DNA of 64,000 nt from an uncultured Methanosarcinales archaeon (GTDB lineage Archaea > Nanobdellota > Nanobdellia > Woesearchaeales > JAGWAF01), in the NCBI GenBank assembly GCA_964414985.1, contig CAYPXA010000002.1, positions 87,513 to 151,512 on the forward strand, in the 5' to 3' direction. Both the position numbers and the translations under genes were made by a program. Position 1 is the first letter of the stretch, and each line of letters starts with the position of its first letter. Positions 39,432 through 49,433 of this stretch are shown in pieces. Below the pieces are notes generated by a model, which saw only the letters and a program-made list of their open reading frames with translations, was not told the origin of the DNA and searched no databases.

Positions 39432-40181
39432 ATGGCTTTAAGCACTCCGGGCAAAAAGAGAAAGGCTGCATCAAAGAGAGCATCCAGAAAAAGCGCTCCC
39501 CAGCTTTGGCACTATTATTCTTACAGCCAGATGTATTCAGCGTTTATTGCAGAGTTTGGCATGCCTGGCTCTGTTTTATACCCTTCCTGCGGGTTTGACG
39601 CATCGCCTGCAGACTCATTCAGCAATGTCACATTTTTGGACAATGAGTCTTTCAGCAAGGGCTGCATAGATGCGCTTGCCAATGCAGGCTATAATGCAAT
39701 CAAGTCAGATATAAATGATTACAGGCCTTCGGAAGATTATGGCCTTGTGATACTCCTAAAGCCCCGCATAACTTCAGATATAATTTTGCCGTTCCTTAAA
39801 ACAGGGGGATTTGTGATTGCAGACGACTACCACCTCAATGCATCCCAGATGATTAGGCTTCCCTCTGATTTTGAGCTGTCTGCAGGAATCTATCCTGCCA
39901 AAGGCTCGTCCTCTATCATTGAAAGAAGCGCCTCAATTCTGCTTGAGAGGTACAGCTCGCCAGAGCTTTTTATGAATGAGAACCCAGAGCTTGTCAGGCT
40001 GTTTTATGCAGGCAATATAATCTCCCAGGCAGCAAAACTCGGGCTTAAGCTCAGCAAAAACAATCCATATCCTGAAAATTTCAGGAAGCTTGAATCATTC
40101 ATGGAGAAGGAAGGCTGCAGGGAAAAGATTGAGCTGCCCTACAGGAACCCTCCTGAACTCTACGTTTTCAAGAAGAAATAA
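39432..40181 (+). CDS. hypothetical protein with basic N-terminus
   Basis: ORF from ATG 39432 (MALSTPGKKRK...). Confidence 0.45.
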   Translation: MALSTPGKKRKAASKRASRKSAPQLWHYYSYSQMYSAFIAEFGMPGSVLYPSCGFDASPADSFSNVTFLDNESFSKGCIDALANAGYNAIKSDINDYRPSEDYGLVILLKPRITSDIILPFLKTGGFVIADDYHLNASQMIRLPSDFELSAGIYPAKGSSSIIERSASILLERYSSPELFMNENPELVRLFYAGNIISQAAKLGLKLSKNNPYPENFRKLESFMEKEGCREKIELPYRNPPELYVFKKK

Positions 40182-40212
40182 AGAATAGCTTTATCTTCTC
40201 TTTTTAGGCTTT

Positions 40213-41013
40213 TTATTTTTTTGAAGATTTGGCTGATTCCAGAAGCGAGGTGAGCTCATCAAATTCTCTGAAAGCCCAGACATAACTCCTAAGCTCATTC
40301 TTTGTGCATACAAGGGTAGCAGTGTATTCAGCACCCTCTTCCAGGAAATCCCTGAGGCTGTCCTTGCTCATCGACTCAAGCTCAATCTTTTTTCCAAGCT
40401 CATCTGCCAGGATTATTCCTTTTTCAGGCCTGGATTCAGCGTGCATTTTCTTCAGCTTGTCATAAAGCCAGCCTACTGAAAGCCTGTGTATTTTCTCAAA
40501 GCTGAACACAATGCTTCTTTCAGCAGGCTCAAGGTCTTTAACTGCCTGGCTTACAGCTGCCTCAAGCGAGCTGTCCACAGAATAAGGGCCTGTCATATGC
40601 TCGTTGAAAGAACCAGCCTCCCACAGATAAGTGGAGTTCTCCTTAATGCACACCCAATCTTTCCTTTCTTCAATCCATAGCATGAAATAATTGTTTCCAG
40701 GCACATGCCTTGTGGTGATGCCTATAGGGCTGTACTTTTTGTCAAACACTCTATGAGCCTTATATGAAAACCCAATCTCATTTTCCCTAAGGCTTGCATG
40801 AACCAATTGGCCTTCAACAGGTATCTCAAAAATCTTTTCAGCCATCCTGTAGCCGCTGTGCCAGGGGCAGATGCCTATGTCTTTCATCCCGAAAGCTTCA
40901 AGAAACTTTTCCTTTGAGCCAAAAGGGCATTTGTACTCTGAGCCTTCTCCGTCGCCTGCTTCAGCAACATAGTAGTACTGGAACTCAGCCCTCACAGAAA
41001 CTGTTTTTCCCAT
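40213..41013 (-). CDS. hypothetical protein
   Basis: 266-aa ORF downstream of EndoQ-like gene on same strand. Confidence 0.45.
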   Translation of the reverse strand: MGKTVSVRAEFQYYYVAEAGDGEGSEYKCPFGSKEKFLEAFGMKDIGICPWHSGYRMAEKIFEIPVEGQLVHASLRENEIGFSYKAHRVFDKKYSPIGITTRHVPGNNYFMLWIEERKDWVCIKENSTYLWEAGSFNEHMTGPYSVDSSLEAAVSQAVKDLEPAERSIVFSFEKIHRLSVGWLYDKLKKMHAESRPEKGIILADELGKKIELESMSKDSLRDFLEEGAEYTATLVCTKNELRSYVWAFREFDELTSLLESAKSSKK

Positions 41014-41065
41014 AAAAAATGGGGTTTATTGCAGGTTTATATCTTTTTTGGTTGAATTAACGGAT

Positions 41066-42328
41066 TCAGAAATCAGCAAGGCTTTTCTGCTTTGCCTTGG
41101 GGCTTGGAAGGTCTGGCTGTTCTACGCTTTCTCCGTTGAACAACGGCTCGCCGTAAACTCCGTCGTATCCTGGCTTTATCTTAATCCTTCCTTCCCTCAC
41201 ATCAATTATCGCTTTTGCAATCTTTTCTGTAGTCATCTGCTTAAGCGCATTGAAAGGAGTGTCAAGAAGTATCTCAAATTCAGGCCTTGTTGAAGTGACT
41301 AAGTTGTTGTATTCTGCCCAGACATTTTTTGTTGCAACTGCCTTGCCCATTATGCCTGAAATTATCTCAGACAAAGGAATCAATGACTTGAACCCCGGCC
41401 TGTTTTTTGGGATGTATCCTTCAGGCCTGTCAGCAAGCTGCTCGACCCTGTCCCACACGCCTATTGTGAGGCCCTTGCCGCATTTTGGGCAGAGATAATT
41501 ATGCTTTTTGGACTGCTCTGGATTCATCCACACATCGCATGCCCTGTGGCCGTCAGCATGGTATTTGCCGTAGTTTGGGTCAACCTCAACTGTCATTGCA
41601 ATGCCGTTCTTCTCCCTAAGTTTTCCAAGGATGCTTTTGTAGGAAAGCTTGTCAACTTCAAAGACTGTTGCCTCCCTTCCAATCCTCCACGGCCAGTAGC
41701 TGTGCAAGTCAGAGAAGCTTACAAGGTTGAAGTCATCAAGCTGGCTTAATCTCCAGTTCATCGCAGGGTCGCTGCTAAGCCCTGTCTCAAGCGCATGAAT
41801 GTGCTTTGTCTGGTCAAGAAAGCATTCCTTGATGCTGTCAAAGCCTGACTTTGAGCCGAACATGCTGAACCACGGAGTCCAGATATGCGCAGGTATAACC
41901 TCAATGTCTTCAGAGATTTTTCTTAATGACTCAACAAATTCAGGGCAGGGAATCTTGAATATAGGCCTTCCGTCATAGTCAACCCTGCCTTTTGTCAGCA
42001 GGTAGTCTGTAATCTGCCTTACAACATCAAGGCTTGGCGCAAGGACAACATTGTGAACCCTTCGGCCTTTGCCTCCCTGCGAATAAATCAATGAGATTTC
42101 TGTCTGGAGCATGAAAGGAAATCCGTTCTTTGTGTAGTAAATCCCCTCATTTTCAGTCGGCAGGCTTTCTTTTATGTGCTCAATCCATTTTGGATGAGTA
42201 AAGTCTCCAGTGCCAAGAAGCCCAACTCCTTTCATCCGTGCATATTTCTCAAGCTGGGGGACTGTCAGGTCCTTGGAGGTTGCCTGTGAGTTCCTTCCGT
42301 GGATGTGCAGGTCTGCAATTACTCTCAT
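41066..42328 (-). CDS. PHP-domain nuclease, endonuclease Q-like
   Basis: N-terminal DLHIHG PHP motif, multiple His/Asp ligands, C4 zinc finger CPKCGKG near C-terminus, ~420 aa as for archaeal EndoQ. Confidence 0.6.
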   Translation of the reverse strand: MRVIADLHIHGRNSQATSKDLTVPQLEKYARMKGVGLLGTGDFTHPKWIEHIKESLPTENEGIYYTKNGFPFMLQTEISLIYSQGGKGRRVHNVVLAPSLDVVRQITDYLLTKGRVDYDGRPIFKIPCPEFVESLRKISEDIEVIPAHIWTPWFSMFGSKSGFDSIKECFLDQTKHIHALETGLSSDPAMNWRLSQLDDFNLVSFSDLHSYWPWRIGREATVFEVDKLSYKSILGKLREKNGIAMTVEVDPNYGKYHADGHRACDVWMNPEQSKKHNYLCPKCGKGLTIGVWDRVEQLADRPEGYIPKNRPGFKSLIPLSEIISGIMGKAVATKNVWAEYNNLVTSTRPEFEILLDTPFNALKQMTTEKIAKAIIDVREGRIKIKPGYDGVYGEPLFNGESVEQPDLPSPKAKQKSLADF

Positions 42329-42438
42329 AAAATTGTGGATTTCTGCAGTGTATATAAATTTTGTGAGAAAAAATATTTAAATACTAGCATCAAGTTACTA
42401 AGCTATATCAATCAACAAAAAATCATAAAAGCAGCCAA

Positions 42439-42762
42439 ATGTCATTGCTAATAACCATCATTGTTTTTGCAGCAGTGTTCCTGATTGCAGGCATTCCACT
42501 GCATCTTGCTGCAAAGCTGCTCGGCGGTGAATCCTCAATCCTGAAGGCTGCAGCAGTAAACCTTCTTGTTGGAATCCTGACAGGCATTGCTTATGTTTTC
42601 CTAAGCTGGGGCGCAATTGCAGCATTCATACTCTGCATTGCAGCATACAAGCTTGCTTTTAAGATTGGATGGATAAGGGCTATTCTTGTCTGGGCTTTAC
42701 AGGCAGTAATCTCATTCCTCCTGCTGATGCTTGCACTGTTTATAGGTGTTCTTGCGCTATGA
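42439..42762 (+). CDS. small membrane protein
   Basis: 107 aa, 3 TM helices; stop overlaps next start (ATGA). Confidence 0.45.
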   Translation: MSLLITIIVFAAVFLIAGIPLHLAAKLLGGESSILKAAAVNLLVGILTGIAYVFLSWGAIAAFILCIAAYKLAFKIGWIRAILVWALQAVISFLLLMLALFIGVLAL

Positions 42763-43238
42763 GAAAGCACATCAAGAAAATAAAGGCAAAAGTAAAAAAG
42801 CATGCAAAGGAAACCTACTACTATCTTGTCTACAGGACAATGTATGTTGCAGGCCTTACATTCTTAATCCCAATGGTCTTTGCGTTTGCATTCCATTCAG
42901 GAGGAGATCTTAAAGTCCCTCTGGGATATCTTATGTTTTCGCTTTTCCTGATAATGTTTGCATTCTTCGGCCTGCTGCGCAGGAAAAGGCACAGGGGAGA
43001 AACTCTCAAGTCATTCGGCAGGATGACCCTTATTCCAGGCACTATTGCATTTATCCTTCTTATTTTGGGAAATGAGGTTGTAGTAAGGCTCTTTTCAGTC
43101 CTGCCTGGATTCGGCAGCTTTGAGATATGGCTTTCCTTCTACCTGCATTATTTTATTCCGAAGATAAGCGCGATAATCATCAGCTACATTGTGATAGGCT
43201 CTGCGCTCTACTTTGCAGGCTCAAGAATTAAAAAATAG
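42759..43238 (+). CDS. membrane protein
   Basis: Start MRKHIKK at 42759 overlapping upstream stop; 4 TM helices. Confidence 0.45.
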   Translation: MRKHIKKIKAKVKKHAKETYYYLVYRTMYVAGLTFLIPMVFAFAFHSGGDLKVPLGYLMFSLFLIMFAFFGLLRRKRHRGETLKSFGRMTLIPGTIAFILLILGNEVVVRLFSVLPGFGSFEIWLSFYLHYFIPKISAIIISYIVIGSALYFAGSRIKK

Positions 43239-43239
43239 C

Positions 43240-44289
43240 TTATTCAAGAAGGAAAAAGCCGCTCATCTCGCTGTATGCCATTGCTTTTGCTTCCAGCTTT
43301 TCTGCCAATTCCTCAAATTGGTCAATGCTTGCTTTCATCTGTGCAATAGTCCTTTCGGGATTTGCCTTCTTAAGATTTTCAACAGCATTTACACTCTCAT
43401 CAATTTCATCTATTAAATTATGGTACTTTATTATCATCTCGTTGCTGTCGCTTTTGCTCATGGTTTTTTTTGCCTTGAGTGTGCTTACCATGTTTTCGCA
43501 CTCATTTTTAAGCTTTTTCAGAGATGATTCACCGTCGAGCGAGACATGCAGCCTTACATTGGATGCTTTTGCAAGGGGCATAACCCTGCTGTGTGCAACT
43601 TCACCAGGCACCAATGTTGCCAAAAAGACAAAGAAGAGCGTGGCAGCTGCGAATATTCTTGCAAATGCAGGAATCCTCGCTTTTTTTATGCTTGAAATCT
43701 CTGCATATGCTGCTTTGAATGCAGGCTTTGCCTCATCAAACATAATGCCTTTGCCCTCCTGGTACTCAAAGAATCCCTTCATTTTGTCAATAACAGACTC
43801 AACGACATTATCAAACTGCTTGTAAAGCTTAAGCTCGCTTTTAAAAATAATTTCAAATTTAGAGTAATCCTTTTCTTCAAGCGCATTATCTTCCATTTCA
43901 AGGATAGAGCTTATTTTATGGTCTTTAAGGAATTTTGAAAGCATGCCAAGCATTTGGCTTTGATAATTAATGTAAGGCACGAGCTGAAGCGCCCCTACTT
44001 CCTGAAGCCATGCAGCAAGCCTTGGGCCCTTGGAGTTTGCAAAATCCTCCATAGATGCCTCTGCTTCAGCAACGAATTTTATCTGCTTATCAAGAACGCT
44101 TTTGACTTGGCTTGCAGCCTTTGCAATCCCAGAAGAATCATTCTTAATGTGTGCGATAATAAGCTCGACAGACCTTCCTTTCTTGACAAACTCTATCCTG
44201 TAATACCTTGTAAGCATCCTTTGGTAATTCCTTGCATAAATCCTTATTATCCTTCGGACCATCAGCTGCTTTCTATTAAAAATGCCCAT
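43240..44289 (-). CDS. hypothetical protein with one central TM segment
   Basis: 349-aa ORF. Confidence 0.45.
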   Translation of the reverse strand: MGIFNRKQLMVRRIIRIYARNYQRMLTRYYRIEFVKKGRSVELIIAHIKNDSSGIAKAASQVKSVLDKQIKFVAEAEASMEDFANSKGPRLAAWLQEVGALQLVPYINYQSQMLGMLSKFLKDHKISSILEMEDNALEEKDYSKFEIIFKSELKLYKQFDNVVESVIDKMKGFFEYQEGKGIMFDEAKPAFKAAYAEISSIKKARIPAFARIFAAATLFFVFLATLVPGEVAHSRVMPLAKASNVRLHVSLDGESSLKKLKNECENMVSTLKAKKTMSKSDSNEMIIKYHNLIDEIDESVNAVENLKKANPERTIAQMKASIDQFEELAEKLEAKAMAYSEMSGFFLLE

Positions 44290-44331
44290 AATTTATAGAA
44301 TTGGGGAGGCAAATATTTAAGCTTTTCTGAA

Positions 44332-45312
44332 TTAAAAAATAGCTTTCTTTATCGACTCTTCGTCCAGGGCTTCGTATTTTTCAGCGAATTCTCTGTAGTC
44401 ATCCTTGTCAAGTATGTCGGTTTTGCTGATATAGACAATCACCTGCTTGTTCATCTTCTTCACAACCTCAAAAAGCTTTTCCTGCTCTTCAAGAGGGTAG
44501 GGCTCTGTAAGGTCAAAGACATAGATTATCTTTTCAGCGAGAAGCCTGAGCGCAAGATAGGCAACCTTCTCGATGTTGTTCATCTTGTCAAACCTGTTGA
44601 GAGTTCCGGGAGTGTCAAGGAACTGAATCTTTTCAGATGCAGTCTGCAAATATCCCACGTTTATGCCCTGTGTTGTGAAAGCGTATGGCTGTATGTCAGC
44701 CTTTGCGCCGGTCAGCTTCATTAGGAGAGTTGTCTTTCCGACATTCGGGAAGCCTGCGATTGCAATTGTCTTGACTCCTGTCTTGATTGCAGGAAAGCCC
44801 TTCATCGTCCTTCTGGCAATCTCAATCTGCTTTAGGTTGGGGTTTATCTGCTTAAGCACAGAGCAGACCCTTCCGTAGAATTCCCTCCTGTAGAATGATA
44901 TCTTCTGGAGCTCCCTGCATTTTTTTATCTTGTTGGAATAATTCTTGTGCATCTGCATGATTGTGGACCTTGCCCACTTCACGCCTGCAAGCGACCTCTT
45001 GAGCTCGGGAAAGTCGACAGTTGCCTTAAGCAGCTCGTTGTAGAATTCAGGAAGCGCTTCAGTGTCTGGAAACGCCCTTCCAATGCCGAACAGCTTGTCT
45101 GCAAGAGCATCCCTTATCGCGTCGATTCTGACAAGCTCAATCCTTATGCTCTTCTCATTCCTTGTGCCCATGAGCTTTTTGCTGCTCCTGAAAAGGCTTG
45201 CCTTTTCGCTTGCCTTTTTCAGCGCAAAATCTATGTAAAACTTTGAATCCTCTATTGTGCTAAGCCCCTGGAAGTTCATGCTATTGAGGTTTATTAGCCC
45301 ATTTATAAACAT
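44332..45312 (-). CDS. Nog1-like (Obg/NOG1 family) GTP-binding protein
   Basis: G1 GFPNVGKTT, G3 DTPG, N-terminal NOG1-type helical region. Confidence 0.8.
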   Translation of the reverse strand: MFINGLINLNSMNFQGLSTIEDSKFYIDFALKKASEKASLFRSSKKLMGTRNEKSIRIELVRIDAIRDALADKLFGIGRAFPDTEALPEFYNELLKATVDFPELKRSLAGVKWARSTIMQMHKNYSNKIKKCRELQKISFYRREFYGRVCSVLKQINPNLKQIEIARRTMKGFPAIKTGVKTIAIAGFPNVGKTTLLMKLTGAKADIQPYAFTTQGINVGYLQTASEKIQFLDTPGTLNRFDKMNNIEKVAYLALRLLAEKIIYVFDLTEPYPLEEQEKLFEVVKKMNKQVIVYISKTDILDKDDYREFAEKYEALDEESIKKAIF

Positions 45313-45377
45313 TGTCTAAAACAGTGGTATCAAAACCAGCAAAAAGAATATAAATAAGCAAGATTTTCCCTCTCAAA

Positions 45378-45761
45378 ATGGCAAAGTTTGACGAGGATGT
45401 GGGTCAGAGCCTGGACATAAGCGAGTCCATGGATGATTTTAAGGAGGATGAAGAAATGGAAGACGATGAATTTGAAAGCGGCAGCCAGGATGAAGCTGAA
45501 GACGGTGCTGAAGAGCAGCAGGAAACAGAGAAGCCTAAGTCCAGGAAAGCCCCAAAGAAGAGCGCAAAAAAGCAGGCATCAAAATCAAAAAGGAAGAAAA
45601 AGGAAGAGGCTGAAGAGGACGACTTTGAAGACGAGGATGAGGATGACTTTGAGGAAGGGTCAAGCCCAATGAAATATGTCTTCTGGCTTGTAGTTCTTGC
45701 AGTCGGACTGCTTCTTGCATTGTGGATATTCACAAACTGGAAGCTCTGCATACAGTTCTAA
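45378..45761 (+). CDS. highly acidic protein with C-terminal TM helix
   Basis: D/E-rich then KR-rich then hydrophobic C-terminus. Confidence 0.45.
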   Translation: MAKFDEDVGQSLDISESMDDFKEDEEMEDDEFESGSQDEAEDGAEEQQETEKPKSRKAPKKSAKKQASKSKRKKKEEAEEDDFEDEDEDDFEEGSSPMKYVFWLVVLAVGLLLALWIFTNWKLCIQF

Positions 45762-45856
45762 GCCTTCTTTTTTTTGTTTTTTAATATTTTTTTCTGAATC
45801 TTTGGTTTTTTAAAGCGCTTGGTGAAACTTTATAAATCTCCTTTTATTGTTATCAC

Positions 45857-48800
45857 TTGTTTGGGGCATTCATGGCTTTGAAAATCAGAAACAAAAAAAC
45901 TGAAAATCAAGCATTTCTTACGCATTCCTCGCGCTTCCTGATTTTTTTTGCATCTTGCTTCTTGCTTTTTGCCATTGCTTTTGCGGCAGTTCCTGCAGCA
46001 TATGCAGTCGACTGCGCTTCACTCTGCTCATACAACTCAACAGAGTCGATTTACACCTGCACAGGCAGCCTTGCGTGCGACACGCTGGACACTTCAAATG
46101 CAAGCATACTGATTGAGAATGCGCTTTTCAACAGGAGCGGCAATTTCGGAAGGTTTAACACGACTTACGGAAGCATACAAATAATAAATTCGACGCTTAA
46201 CTTTTATGGAATCAGCCAGCCATATTCTGCGTGGAGCACTTATCAAGGAGGCCCTGGAAGCATCAAGATTTATTCTGAAGAAAGGATTGAAATTGAGGAT
46301 TCATATTTGAATTCTTATGGCGGGCTAGGTTCAGTAGGTGGGCATACAAGCGGAGGCTCTGGCGGCTCTGGATACTTTTATATTTATTCAGCCAATCCTG
46401 TCAAAATTGAAAATTCAGAGATTAATGCTTATGGCGGTTCAGGGGGGCGGAGCTGGGATGAAGGCAGCGGAGGAAGCGGAGCTTCAGGAACATTTGAGCT
46501 GCACAATTCAGGCCATGTGTTAATTGTAAATTCAAAAATAAAAGCTTATGGCGGCAATGGCGCCAATGGCGATGATTCTCATGGCGGTTCAGGAGGTTCA
46601 GGCAACTTCTTTATTTATGCAGATATGGGCATCCAGCTTCTGAACACAGGCATTTATTCATACGGAGGCGGTGCTGCCAACGGGTTTTGGGGGCCTGGAA
46701 GCGGAGGCTCGTCTTCGACTAAAATTATATCTTCTTATTCAGGAGCTGATATACACTCAAATATTTTTGAGTCTTATGGGGGAAATGGAGAGCCTACCAC
46801 AAGATGCCAGAAATACATGGTTGATGGAGCAGGAGGCTCTTCTTATTTTGAAATCAAGGCTGGAAGCAAGTCTGAAATTTTATCCATCAAAAATAATAAG
46901 ATAAGCGCTCATTCAGGAAATGCAGGCGATGGGCAATGCTATGCCAACGGCGGCGGCTCAACAACATTTAATCTTTATGGCGGAATAATCCTTGGCGCAA
47001 ATAACATAACAGGATACGGGGGGTATAGCAGTTCTTCAACAGGAGGCAGCGTCAGTCTTAACATTGATGGAGACGATTCTCTTGTGCAGGAAATTAAAGG
47101 CGATTTCAAATGGGATTTTACAAGCGGAAGGAGCAGGTCAGCATCAGGAAATGTCAATGCAAACATAAACCTTGGAGACATAATAATCCGCTCAAACAAT
47201 TCTGTGCTTAACTTTTCAACAGGCGTTTCTGCAACTCTTGGAAAAAGCAATCTTAACTGGAAGGTAAACAAGGAATTCTCCATTTACGGCACGTCTGTTA
47301 TTGAGGCAAGGAGTGCAGACTCTTCACTGCCTAAAATTAATATAACTGAAACTGAGCTTTACAACAGGTTTGGCCTGCTCAATGCAAGGTCTCCTTATAA
47401 CCTTAACATTTACTGCGGAAAATCCGGCCTTAAGTACGGGAAGGAAGGCGCAGGCACAAAAGCAGTAACTTTTAGCCAGTCCTGCCAGGATGTAGCAAAC
47501 CTGTCTGAGAGCGAATACAGCAACATCATGCAGATATACACCCCGGAATACTTTTTTTTAACTTTGAGAGGGGGGCTGGCATCTTATGGGGTCTCTTATA
47601 ATCTTACTGGCGAAAGCTCAAAATTTGACAAGTGCATTGCATCTGTTTTTAATTCTTCAAGCACCTATGATTTTGCGTCTGGCGTGTCAAAGGAACAAAG
47701 CATGTGCTTTCTTGAGTTTAGCCATCCTCAAGGGGAAGGATTCAATGCAACTTTATCACTCAACTCAACTGACGGCAAGGTTGAAACTTACCCGATTGTT
47801 CAGAGATTGATTGACACATCATTTTCAGGATTTAAGTTCAACCCTTCAGTTTCAAGCGGCTTTTCAGGCCAGAACCTGTTTAAGGTTTATAGCATCACAA
47901 ACAATCTTCCACAAAGCTTTAACAATGTGGATTTCAACTTTTCAGGCGAAGGGGGCGAAATTGAAAAAGTCAATCTTCCTGCAGGCTCAACATCATCTCT
48001 TGACGCAAGGTACCAAGTTGACCTAGTGCATGAGCGCCCTTATTTTGCATCAAACGAAACAGCCATGGAAATCGGCTCAAGCTACTATGCCTGGAATCCA
48101 ATAAATTACACAAATACCGAGCAGTTTGCGCTGCCTGCAATAAACCTAACTGTGTTAAGGGGGCTTACAACATCTTCTGTTGCAAATAATATTATTAAAG
48201 GTGGAACTGCAGATGATTATGGCTGCACAGGCTCTGCAGGATACATTTGGTGCCCTGCAAAACAGAAGTGCTACCGTACTTTTGAGGAGGACTGCGCAGA
48301 ATTCAAGGCAGATGGCTTTGACTACACATCGTCTTCATCTTTAGACAGCACAAATCCAATTCCATTATTCTTCAAAGGAGGATCTGTAAGCCCTTATACT
48401 TACAGCTCGGAAACAGTAACACTTTACCTTGCAGCTCTTCCGGCAAACGCATCTGACAACTACATTTACGGCTACAATGCACATCTTTCTGACTTTTCAG
48501 GAAGAGACCCTGCAGTCTACTATGACTCTGGAAATGACAGGATATGGGATTTCAGGGAAAGGTACACGCTTAAAGTTCCTGCATCAGGCTCGCAGGTGTT
48601 TTTTACTTCAATAAGCGCTTCAAAATACCTGCCTTCGCACTCTTCAATAAAAAGCCAGAGCATGTCGCTCACTGCTGAAAACGGCACTTCAATTAATTTT
48701 ACAGCAGTTCAGTCAGGAGACTTGATTAACATAACATTTGGCAATGCTACGCCTCAATATTACATATTTGATTTAACATACACCACAGATGCTCCTAACA

Positions 48801-49384
48801 CCAATGGAGGCGGTGGAGGGGGCGGCGGTGGAAGTGGAGGAGGTGGCGGAAGCTCTGGCACTGTTGAGTGCAAAAGCGTGTGCAGCCCTGGAACAAAAGG
48901 ATGCTTTGATGATGGAGATTCAGCAGAATGCCATTTGAATCCTTCAACAGGCTGCTGGGAATGGTCAAGATTGCCATGTGCGTCAAAGAAGTGCAGTGCA
49001 GGCTTCTGCGAGGAAATCCAGAACAATACTGCCTGCAATGAATCCTGGGCCTGCAATGACTGGGGCGAATGCCTCGGCGGATTCAGGTATAGGCAGTGCG
49101 AGGATGCAAATTCCTGCTCAACCCAGTTTTTAATGCCGCCACTTTCAGAGAACTGCAAAAAGGATGAAAAAGCTGAGAATAATTCTGAACTTCCTGCTGC
49201 AGAGCCAAAGCAGGCGCCTCCTGTTTTTGGAAGGGTTGTAGCTTCAAAAAGCCAGAACAGCTTTGAAGTGAAAAAGGCAGCATCAGTGCTTGCAGTATTC
49301 CTTGGAATCAGCGCGCCTGCAGTTGTTATTTTCCTGCTTCTTAGAAAGGCTGCGCTAAAGCTGGCAAGGCGAAGGAACGCTTAG
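45857..49384 (+). CDS. giant secreted protein with Gly-rich beta-helix-like 40-aa repeats, poly-Gly linker, Cys-rich module and C-terminal TM anchor
   Basis: Signal/anchor at N-terminus; repeated ..YGG.G....GGSGGSG.F.IY units (46300-46700); GGGGGGGGGSGGGGGSS tract at 48800-48850; 12+ Cys in 48850-49100; C-terminal hydrophobic helix + RRRNA. Confidence 0.7.
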   Translation: MFGAFMALKIRNKKTENQAFLTHSSRFLIFFASCFLLFAIAFAAVPAAYAVDCASLCSYNSTESIYTCTGSLACDTLDTSNASILIENALFNRSGNFGRFNTTYGSIQIINSTLNFYGISQPYSAWSTYQGGPGSIKIYSEERIEIEDSYLNSYGGLGSVGGHTSGGSGGSGYFYIYSANPVKIENSEINAYGGSGGRSWDEGSGGSGASGTFELHNSGHVLIVNSKIKAYGGNGANGDDSHGGSGGSGNFFIYADMGIQLLNTGIYSYGGGAANGFWGPGSGGSSSTKIISSYSGADIHSNIFESYGGNGEPTTRCQKYMVDGAGGSSYFEIKAGSKSEILSIKNNKISAHSGNAGDGQCYANGGGSTTFNLYGGIILGANNITGYGGYSSSSTGGSVSLNIDGDDSLVQEIKGDFKWDFTSGRSRSASGNVNANINLGDIIIRSNNSVLNFSTGVSATLGKSNLNWKVNKEFSIYGTSVIEARSADSSLPKINITETELYNRFGLLNARSPYNLNIYCGKSGLKYGKEGAGTKAVTFSQSCQDVANLSESEYSNIMQIYTPEYFFLTLRGGLASYGVSYNLTGESSKFDKCIASVFNSSSTYDFASGVSKEQSMCFLEFSHPQGEGFNATLSLNSTDGKVETYPIVQRLIDTSFSGFKFNPSVSSGFSGQNLFKVYSITNNLPQSFNNVDFNFSGEGGEIEKVNLPAGSTSSLDARYQVDLVHERPYFASNETAMEIGSSYYAWNPINYTNTEQFALPAINLTVLRGLTTSSVANNIIKGGTADDYGCTGSAGYIWCPAKQKCYRTFEEDCAEFKADGFDYTSSSSLDSTNPIPLFFKGGSVSPYTYSSETVTLYLAALPANASDNYIYGYNAHLSDFSGRDPAVYYDSGNDRIWDFRERYTLKVPASGSQVFFTSISASKYLPSHSSIKSQSMSLTAENGTSINFTAVQSGDLINITFGNATPQYYIFDLTYTTDAPNTNGGGGGGGGGSGGGGGSSGTVECKSVCSPGTKGCFDDGDSAECHLNPSTGCWEWSRLPCASKKCSAGFCEEIQNNTACNESWACNDWGECLGGFRYRQCEDANSCSTQFLMPPLSENCKKDEKAENNSELPAAEPKQAPPVFGRVVASKSQNSFEVKKAASVLAVFLGISAPAVVIFLLLRKAALKLARRRNA

Positions 49385-49433
49385 GTTGTTTTTTTTAAAT
49401 CAAAAAATAAGAAATAAAAATAATAAAATAAAT

